From the NCBI RefSeq assembly GCF_058153355.1, contig NZ_CM177019.1: 64,000 bases of DNA; one strand, written 5' to 3'. Of the stretch, positions 56,650 to 64,000 are shown piece by piece (the first letter of the stretch is position 1; every line of letters begins with the position of its first letter). A model generated the notes under the pieces. It was not told where the DNA came from. It saw only the letters and a program-made list of their open reading frames with translations, and did no database searches. A program made the translations under genes and the position numbers.

Positions 56650-57566
56650 TTCTTTTTTCTCTGGTTCGGGTCATCAATAAATGACTGTTCCAACCCATAG
56701 AAATCCTGACCAGCCAGACTAAATATTAATTTAAAATTATTGCCAGGGGATGATTTCCCCTGGGTTCTCCAGGCATAAACATCTTTAATATGTGGCAATG
56801 AAGAGTAGAGTTCTTTACCTCTTGCAATATCAATAGAATATTTTATTAACCGCCTATTTTCTAAAAAATATTTATTTTGTCCAATATTAGCGTTCTTAAT
56901 AAGATCATCTATATGGTCATCGACATCTTTTCTTAAACCTGGATAATTACTAAATCCGGCAATAACTCTTTCCACTCTAATCAGTCCCACTAATGTTTTA
57001 TTATTAGAGGGAACATCAAGACGATCAGGGCGAGAGAAAGTAAAACGATTTAATAACGCACGTCGCATATATTGCATTGATTTTATCGCGTCTTTTTCAT
57101 TATACTTTTCCCCACGAGTTAAAGGGGTTTTCGTCTCAGCCAGTAAGACCATTAGCATGGCTCGTTCACTCTCCGAAAGACCATCTGCGAGTGTTTCTCT
57201 TTTTATTTTACTAAGGACATTAACAGTTAAAGTTGGAAAACAATTTTTATATACTCCTCCAACTGTTGCCGGGCAATGCCCCAGATATGCTCCAGATGAA
57301 CTGGCGCTATCATAGGCATGAATGGTAGCGATTCCCAATCCTTTTGCCCGGACAACTATAGTTTGCTCCAGTTGTCCTGTTCTGGAAGACTGCTCAATTG
57401 ATAAAATACCGGGGCGAGATGATGCCAATTTTAGATGCTGACCTTTGGCATCAAACCCTCTTATCTTAATACGAAAAACATCCTTATCAGTCATATAATA
57501 AAAAAATTTATTCAATGCTGTTTTTGAGTCCGAGTTTGGACTAATGAAAATTTCACCATTCGCCAT
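56646..57566 (-). CDS. Hypothetical protein (candidate orphan effector)
   Basis: ORF of about 306-339 aa, AT-rich; start uncertain between 57566 and 57665. Confidence 0.4.
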   Translation of the reverse strand: MANGEIFISPNSDSKTALNKFFYYMTDKDVFRIKIRGFDAKGQHLKLASSRPGILSIEQSSRTGQLEQTIVVRAKGLGIATIHAYDSASSSGAYLGHCPATVGGVYKNCFPTLTVNVLSKIKRETLADGLSESERAMLMVLLAETKTPLTRGEKYNEKDAIKSMQYMRRALLNRFTFSRPDRLDVPSNNKTLVGLIRVERVIAGFSNYPGLRKDVDDHIDDLIKNANIGQNKYFLENRRLIKYSIDIARGKELYSSLPHIKDVYAWRTQGKSSPGNNFKLIFSLAGQDFYGLEQSFIDDPNQRKKK

Positions 57567-57763
57567 TATGTACCTCACAAAAAACAATATAAAAATTGCG
57601 ATAAAGTATTCAATATGTTGATTCCCGTTATTGCAGGTAATATTCCTGCTCAATAAATGCACCAATCACTTTGTCGTGCATTTCTGTGGATTTCGAATAC
57701 CTCAGTGTCTTCCGGTCGAGTCGTTTCAGGCTGTTCCCAGGGCGAGAGCATGCTTTTGCCCTA

Positions 57764-58414
57764 TCACCTAATACAGAATCGATCATCTGAAACATATTCA
57801 CCCATCGCTACCTTATCGCCTAATTTTATTTTTTGCTCCCTGAGTAATCGATTGATATTTCCATCATAACAAAATTTTTTTTGTCTGCTATCAAAATAAT
57901 AATATTCATCCATCATCACTTCAAATTGCTCTCCATTTTGAGGGCCTATATAGCCCAACACACCTTTAATCCATATTTTATCTTCAACATGAGTAAAAGA
58001 TATTTTTTTAAAACCAATGCAAGGAGAGTAATCATTAAAAAAATAACCTTCAAATGGTTTATTTGAGACTATTATTCTTTTATCTGGAGTAAATATAGCA
58101 ATGTTGCATCTCTGAAAATCATCTTGGACAACACCTTTAATTTTATTACTATATACAAACGGTACAATGTAATATCCATTTCCTTTACTTATCTCTCTTA
58201 TTTGATCTTCATATATATATATATTATCATATTTATCTATATGCTTCCGAGTGTAATAGATATAAGAAAGTGGCTCCAAAGCATATTTTTGCTCAACAAA
58301 GCATCTTATTTCCTTCTCAATTTCACTGTAATCAACAGATAACATAGCATAACAATGCGTATAGCAAATTAGCATCAATGTGCTAACACTGCCTCGTATA
58401 ATCAATGACAACAT
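57764..58414 (-). CDS. Hypothetical protein with N-terminal hydrophobic segment (candidate immunity protein)
   Basis: 216-aa AT-rich ORF immediately downstream of the GH19-like gene. Confidence 0.4.
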   Translation of the reverse strand: MLSLIIRGSVSTLMLICYTHCYAMLSVDYSEIEKEIRCFVEQKYALEPLSYIYYTRKHIDKYDNIYIYEDQIREISKGNGYYIVPFVYSNKIKGVVQDDFQRCNIAIFTPDKRIIVSNKPFEGYFFNDYSPCIGFKKISFTHVEDKIWIKGVLGYIGPQNGEQFEVMMDEYYYFDSRQKKFCYDGNINRLLREQKIKLGDKVAMGEYVSDDRFCIR

Positions 58415-59408
58415 TCACCTCCTGCCTATTTCGTGTGATTTGGATAGTCTCTGTTTGCGTGTTAATAACATCATCAGAAAGAAATTTATATGTATATCTA
58501 GAGAATGCTTGCCGCTCAAAATATTGGAAACCACCACCATTTACCAACTTAGAACAAAGACCTATTGATTCTGTATTAATTCCGGAATCACAACATCTAT
58601 TAATATTAACTATTGATGGTTCTTCACTATTGACTCTATATTGTTTAGAAACCCAAAAGAAACCAGCCGAATCAGTTGATAAATATTCACTAGAGGATAT
58701 CATATTAGGGTCATAATAAGGATACCAAATTTTATTTAATGTACCATCAATATAAACCTCCGTTCTCCCTGTTTGTCTGTTTCTTCTTGTTCTTCTTGGA
58801 TCACCCCAATAATGCAAGGAGTCATGTGTTATTCTATTATCTGTATAACTCTCACTCTGATTTAAATTAGAAAGAACCAGATCACTTTGGAATTTTTTAT
58901 ACTCTTCGTAATTACCAGCCCATGTTAATTGCATCATACCTCTACCATAAAACACTTGATAATACTCCATTGCAGGCGCAGTCCAGGTTCCATCATTTTT
59001 GGGATATCCCCGACCAAACTCTGTCATTGTTCGCATCATCGCTGTTTCGGTATATATTTGCCCAAGATATAAACCTTTTCTATTAGCATTAAGAATTAAG
59101 TATTTATTACAGCATCGGTTAAAATGTTTATAGTAGCTCTCCCACCGAGATTTTGCAGATTGAAAAGAAATAGAGTCAGTTTGGGGATCTCCTGGATATC
59201 CAGCATAATAAACGCGAGGTAATAATGACGCAACTTCATCTAAAGCCAGCCATCCACATTTCCTGAAATGGCTAATGAATGTCCTGGGGTCAAAATGCCA
59301 TACTCTTCCTGCGGGTAAATCACCGCTAATGCATAATGCCCTGGCATGAGCCAGAAGTTTATCCCAGTCTGGCCTTTTCATCGGTTTTGCGGCTAAACTC
59401 ATCCTCAC
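58383..59408 (-). CDS. GH19-like (chitinase/lysozyme-family) putative peptidoglycan hydrolase, candidate T6SS effector
   Basis: Motif FYGRGMMQLTWAGNYEEY closely resembles the GH19 signature FYGRGPIQLSWNYNY; downstream of vgrG. Confidence 0.55.
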   Translation of the reverse strand: MRMSLAAKPMKRPDWDKLLAHARALCISGDLPAGRVWHFDPRTFISHFRKCGWLALDEVASLLPRVYYAGYPGDPQTDSISFQSAKSRWESYYKHFNRCCNKYLILNANRKGLYLGQIYTETAMMRTMTEFGRGYPKNDGTWTAPAMEYYQVFYGRGMMQLTWAGNYEEYKKFQSDLVLSNLNQSESYTDNRITHDSLHYWGDPRRTRRNRQTGRTEVYIDGTLNKIWYPYYDPNMISSSEYLSTDSAGFFWVSKQYRVNSEEPSIVNINRCCDSGINTESIGLCSKLVNGGGFQYFERQAFSRYTYKFLSDDVINTQTETIQITRNRQEVNVVIDYTRQC

Positions 59409-60660
59409 CGTCTACCAGAAGCCAGTTAAAACGCTCCTCCAGTGAGGAGGCCTCCCATTCCTGATTGAAATGGCAAATAGCTCGCTGGCAACTACTGGCA
59501 AAATGTTTACTTCCTTTCCAGTTATTTATTGTGTCAGAATGACACTGACTGTCGTGAACAGAGTCATCATCCACCAGTCTCCATCCCATCCAGTGTGGAA
59601 AATCTCCGTCACTGTATTTTTTTATATTCGGATCAGCCAGATTTACCACTCCATGCCCCCCCGGATAATTTACTGTTCGCCAGAGCGGTGCATTGGATGG
59701 CGTCAATACCTCATGTTCACTATTAATCACCCGACCAAAGCGTAATAACTCAAATCCGGAACTGGGTCTCTGCGGATATAACTTCATTGCTGTTTTATAA
59801 AGATTATACTCATATTTATCACCGTCTTTATTAATCAATGCCTCGCCTACAGTTTCATATACATACTCATCTATCTCACCCTCACTCACTTCTTTTTTCA
59901 TTCTCGTCACCATCTCACAGTTTCCAGTATCAAATTTCATAGTAACGAACAACGGAAACATGCTGGTATAAACCGGTGACAAACCAGTGGTTTCAGCACT
60001 GTTATTTTCTGGTATCTTATCGTAGAAAATTGTGTCTACTGGTAAGTAGAAATGTATATCACCATACACAACTTCAGTTCTACCATCTTTTGTCAAATCA
60101 GTTTCTGGTTCCAGTTCTTCTCTACCTGTCAGCTTCTTTGTGTTTTCATCATCACTGAATATCTGGAAATGAAACTCTTTATCGCCATCTGCCAGGCCTG
60201 GTGTCCCTAACACATCCTTTCTGTATATCTTACTTCCCTGAGTCACTCTCCCCTCAATCTCATTCAGGTGCATATACACCGACCAGTATGTAACCTTCCC
60301 GGATTCGCCGTCACCTATTTCCGTTTCGTGTTTTATTACTACACATCCATCATCTGTTGGGCCGTTATAATTAAGCGGTGCTGAATCTCGTTTTTCAACC
60401 GATGAAGGCGTTCGGACATAAACAACTGTTCCGTCTGCAATTGCTCTGATTTTATCCTCTGCATTCGTGTACGAAATATGAATGCCGCCATGCCAGGAGC
60501 CTCGTAAATTTATAGGGTAATTTCTGAACTGATCAACTGGCATCATCCAGTCAATCCATGACTCATCAATCCCACTATTATTGGGATGAGTTAAAAAAGG
60601 AGGGCTAATTATCATTTTTAGTGTACCTTTATTAAAAAAGATAATGTAATGCTGGTACAT
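59359..60660 (-). CDS. Putative T6SS-associated protein with peptidase M23-like motifs
   Basis: 433-aa ORF directly after vgrG; WHGGIHIS and EFHFQIF segments loosely resemble M23 metal-binding motifs; assignment tentative. Confidence 0.35.
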   Translation of the reverse strand: MYQHYIIFFNKGTLKMIISPPFLTHPNNSGIDESWIDWMMPVDQFRNYPINLRGSWHGGIHISYTNAEDKIRAIADGTVVYVRTPSSVEKRDSAPLNYNGPTDDGCVVIKHETEIGDGESGKVTYWSVYMHLNEIEGRVTQGSKIYRKDVLGTPGLADGDKEFHFQIFSDDENTKKLTGREELEPETDLTKDGRTEVVYGDIHFYLPVDTIFYDKIPENNSAETTGLSPVYTSMFPLFVTMKFDTGNCEMVTRMKKEVSEGEIDEYVYETVGEALINKDGDKYEYNLYKTAMKLYPQRPSSGFELLRFGRVINSEHEVLTPSNAPLWRTVNYPGGHGVVNLADPNIKKYSDGDFPHWMGWRLVDDDSVHDSQCHSDTINNWKGSKHFASSCQRAICHFNQEWEASSLEERFNWLLVDGEDEFSRKTDEKARLG

Positions 60661-60681
60661 TATCTGTTTAAATAGTTTTTA

Positions 60682-62718
60682 TTACGAAAATATGAAGTTC
60701 GCAGTCGTATCGTCATCAGCCTCTGGCACTTTCAGCGCCGCCGGTTGCAGCGTCGGCACGGGTGTCCCCGGACTTCCCCCACCGTTCAGGTTTATCTTCG
60801 GCCCCACGATATCCACGCCACCAGAATGAACGACAACGAACGAGCCGCCCACCTTCAGGGTGATTTTACCGCCGCTCTCCAGTACGATTTCATCCCGGAC
60901 CTTCATTCCCAGCGCGCCGGTAATTTTCCTCGCCAGGTCGCCTTTCACCTCCAGACTGTGTTTCCCCTCCACGAGGCTAATGTGGTTTCCTGTCGTCTTG
61001 TGCTCCTGCTTCCCTTCCACCGTCACCTTTCGGTCATTTTTTACATACAGACCGTCATCGTGGCTGACGTTCACCCGCCGGTCGTTCGTCACCTTCAGCG
61101 TCTGGTCATTGCGCACCGTGATGCTCCGGTTGTGGGCCACCGTGATGGTCTGGTCGTGCCCCCCGGCATTCTCTTTCCCCACCGTCACCGTCTGGCCCAG
61201 CCCCACGGTGATTTTCTGGTTGTTCCCGATGGTCTCCGTGTGGTCATGCTTCACGTCCGTTGTCCGGTCGTTGAGCACCTCCGTGTCCATGTTCTTCTGC
61301 GCGTGGATATAGACCTGCTCATTACTGGTGGCGTCCTCGAACCGCAATTCGTTAAAGCCGCTTCCTTTATAGGTCTTCGACCGTATCGTCATCTGCGTCT
61401 TCGTGCCCGGTAAATCCCCCGGTGAACGGTTGTCCTCATGGTAGGTGCGTCCCGTGACGATGGGCTGGTCCGGGTCCCCGTTCAGAAAGTCCACTATCAC
61501 TTCCTGACCCACACGCGGTATCGCCAGATTACCGAACCCCGCTCCCGCCCACGCCTGCGACACCCGTATCCAGCATGAACTCTCCTCCGTCATCCCGTGA
61601 TAACGGTCCCAGTGAAACTTCACCCGCACCCGTCCATGTTCGTCGCAGAATATCTCCTCGCCCTTCGGCCCGGTCACGATGGCACTCTGCGGGCCGTCCA
61701 CCTTCGGCTTCGGTAGCGGCGCGTGACGCCACGTCCTGTCCGCCGGTATCACCTCAAACTGGTTACTCAGCGTCGTTCCTTCACCGTGACTGCCGTGCAG
61801 CGCCTGCGGCTGTTCCCCCAGCAGCGTGCTTCCCACAACCTGCCATTCACGGTTCAGCGTCTCCGCACCACTCCGCCAGCCTTCCGTCTGGTAACGCGCA
61901 AAGTCCTGCCCGTGCTGCTCATCCTTGAAACGCCCCGGATAATCAAATATCTCGTACTGCGTTCCCTGTCCGTTCAGGCTCTCCCCGTCATGGCTGTAGT
62001 ACCCCGGCCACCCCGGCACTTTAAACGTATAATCCTGCGTCTCCACCGACGCCACGCTTATCTGCGCACGGTAACGAAACTCGCTGATGTACTCCGTCTT
62101 TCCCCCGGTCGTCGTGTTCGGGTTAAACGCCAGCGTTCCCATTCCCGTCAGCCCCGCCACGTCATCACACACCGCCAGCTTCTGCTCCGGCCCTTCCTGA
62201 CCGCAGCGCTCATAAAAGAAGATACCTTCCTCCGCCCACAGCCGGGTCAGGAATGCCAGGTCGCTCTCCCCGTACTGCACGCAGAACTCCCGCGCCGGGT
62301 GCGCCTCATAGAACAGCGGCATCCACGCCGTCACCCCGTTCTCTCTCAGAAGCTGTGCTGATATCGTCTGAATGTCCTGCTGCTGGAAGATACGGAAGTT
62401 CTGCCGTAACCCTGCCCGCCACAGCGGCGGGCTGATGCTCAGGGAATAACGCATCTGCCAGTCGTTGTTCTCACCGAGCTGCACCTCCGTCACGATACCG
62501 CTGACGTAACGCTGCGGGATATCACCCTGCCAGACCGTCAGCACCGCGCTCTTCTCCAGAAAATCTTCTGCCGTCAGGTCAGACAGTCCGCTGGCGATAT
62601 CCACATCCAGGATGAACGGTGTGCAGTGGTGCTGGTACAGACGGAAGCTCACCACCGCCGTCGCCATCTCCACAATACCGTCCACCGACAGCGTGAAACG
62701 TAATCCTTCTGAGGACAT
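60682..62718 (-). CDS. vgrG: Type VI secretion spike protein VgrG
   Basis: 678-aa ORF with gp27/gp5-like VgrG sequence and C-terminal beta-helix repeats. Confidence 0.9.
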   Translation of the reverse strand: MSSEGLRFTLSVDGIVEMATAVVSFRLYQHHCTPFILDVDIASGLSDLTAEDFLEKSAVLTVWQGDIPQRYVSGIVTEVQLGENNDWQMRYSLSISPPLWRAGLRQNFRIFQQQDIQTISAQLLRENGVTAWMPLFYEAHPAREFCVQYGESDLAFLTRLWAEEGIFFYERCGQEGPEQKLAVCDDVAGLTGMGTLAFNPNTTTGGKTEYISEFRYRAQISVASVETQDYTFKVPGWPGYYSHDGESLNGQGTQYEIFDYPGRFKDEQHGQDFARYQTEGWRSGAETLNREWQVVGSTLLGEQPQALHGSHGEGTTLSNQFEVIPADRTWRHAPLPKPKVDGPQSAIVTGPKGEEIFCDEHGRVRVKFHWDRYHGMTEESSCWIRVSQAWAGAGFGNLAIPRVGQEVIVDFLNGDPDQPIVTGRTYHEDNRSPGDLPGTKTQMTIRSKTYKGSGFNELRFEDATSNEQVYIHAQKNMDTEVLNDRTTDVKHDHTETIGNNQKITVGLGQTVTVGKENAGGHDQTITVAHNRSITVRNDQTLKVTNDRRVNVSHDDGLYVKNDRKVTVEGKQEHKTTGNHISLVEGKHSLEVKGDLARKITGALGMKVRDEIVLESGGKITLKVGGSFVVVHSGGVDIVGPKINLNGGGSPGTPVPTLQPAALKVPEADDDTTANFIFS

Positions 62719-62934
62719 ATGACCTCCCTTGATTCACTTACAGAACACTGGTTGTCTACTGACCATGCAGCAGAGGGTGCCAGTACAGCGTTACGCTCAT
62801 ATTCAGGTACGCTACCGCCCGGGTTCCCGGCATCCACCATCTCCCTCATGAAAGCGTAACTCCTTACTGACACTCATTTTTTACACGTACAAAAACAACA
62901 TCCTGCACTAAGGCAGGATGTTGTTGACTCAGAT

Positions 62935-63453
62935 TTATGCTTCCAGCGGTGCACGCCAGTCATCGGCACCAGAAGTACCGGATTTGATGTGCTCCCACTC
63001 AACCTTACGGTAGGCCAGTGATACTGCGAGCAATTGCGTAAACTCACGCTGTGCAGGGTCCTGGCAGTGCGGCATATGCAGGTTCATGTCCACAATCGTC
63101 GCGTCAGTAAGACGTGTGGTGAAGTAGTGCTCCTGCTTGCCTTCAACAGAGGTACGCCACCAGTGCAGCTCCACTTTCGGCAGCATTTCACCGGAGGCCA
63201 GCGCGTTGTACAGCAGCGGAACGGCTTTGTTCAGCGCCACGGTGAAAATGAACGGTTTGTGAGCACGCTGCCCGGAAGGCTGACCAGACTGCGGATCGGT
63301 TGGAACAGTAACGTTATGCAGAAACTCCTGCACCAGCATTTCATCTTCGTGTCCCTGCACGTAGATATTGCCGACAGAATCTGCGGTGAAAGCACCGGCA
63401 GTGATGTTCCCCTGGGTCTGACCTGTAATTGAAATGTAACATGGGGTTGGCAT
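62935..63453 (-). CDS. hcp: Type VI secretion tube protein Hcp
   Basis: 172-aa ORF with Hcp-family sequence directly upstream of vgrG. Confidence 0.9.
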   Translation of the reverse strand: MPTPCYISITGQTQGNITAGAFTADSVGNIYVQGHEDEMLVQEFLHNVTVPTDPQSGQPSGQRAHKPFIFTVALNKAVPLLYNALASGEMLPKVELHWWRTSVEGKQEHYFTTRLTDATIVDMNLHMPHCQDPAQREFTQLLAVSLAYRKVEWEHIKSGTSGADDWRAPLEA

Positions 63454-64000
63454 TTATGAACTCCTTGTGAAATTATCAACTGCTGTTTTACGAACAACCC
63501 GTCGTTAATCCCCGACAGGTTAGAGTGTGATGCGGCTCACATCAGGAACCACACCCTTTTCTTTATTCGAGTTACAGGCACACGTAATTAGCACCTACCG
63601 AAAAACTCTTTTATGGTGTTTAAATATATTTTTAGTCAATTTCAGAACACGGTCACATAAGCTAAAAATATATCAACATCAACAGTAGAATTATCCATAA
63701 CGTATCCTCACCCCCATAAAAACCTACAATTTCGTCAAAAATCAATTATTACAACGCTTACTTCACCATCGTTCCGGCACGCAATTAAGATATTCCTTAA
63801 AGGAATTTCTTATGATGTATTGCTAGCAATTAATTAATTTATAAAACCATACATAAAACTTATTAATCAATTTAATAAACACATATAAATCAATGTGTTA
63901 TGGCACTTTATTGGCCGTAAAATTATATTCACCAAGTCTATAAATACCAAATTGATTTCACTAACATGTATTAATAATGAAGGATACATCTCTTTCAAAA

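Noticed and set aside
63454-64000. AT-rich region at the right end of the window
   Set aside because: Likely the hcp promoter/upstream region; no ORF or RNA gene could be supported from the sequence available.

Overview
This window is an Escherichia coli chromosomal segment, the reverse complement of the K-12 prfH/ykfJ to yafV interval. At the left are an RtcB-like ligase gene (full-length ykfJ counterpart), yafP and dinB, with yafN-yafO absent. Positions ~3.1-40.3 kb hold an almost complete Flag-2 lateral flagellar locus (lafU back to lfhA), which K-12 retains only as lfhA/lafU remnants. The locus is rearranged: two identical IS621 (IS110-family) elements, each with an intact recombinase and the LE non-coding region that encodes the bridge RNA, sit in inverted orientation in the same REP target. 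They bracket lafA-lfgK, and the second copy occupies the place where lfgE-lfgJ (hook, rod, L/P-ring genes) should be. The locus also carries a multi-domain glycosyltransferase with a TagF-like domain, a TagD-like cytidylyltransferase, and an AT-rich pair of unknown ORFs. Next come a HicAB-like pair, yafL, dinJ-yafQ, yafK, yafJ, gmhA, fadE, ivy and yafV. The right end is accessory DNA: two ISAs1 (H-repeat) remnants around two unknown ORFs, a group II intron split by an IS21 insertion (4-bp GATA duplication), and an AT-rich T6SS hcp-vgrG island with GH19-like and peptidase-like candidate effectors. All calls rest on reading the translated ORFs and repeats by eye; no database search was run.
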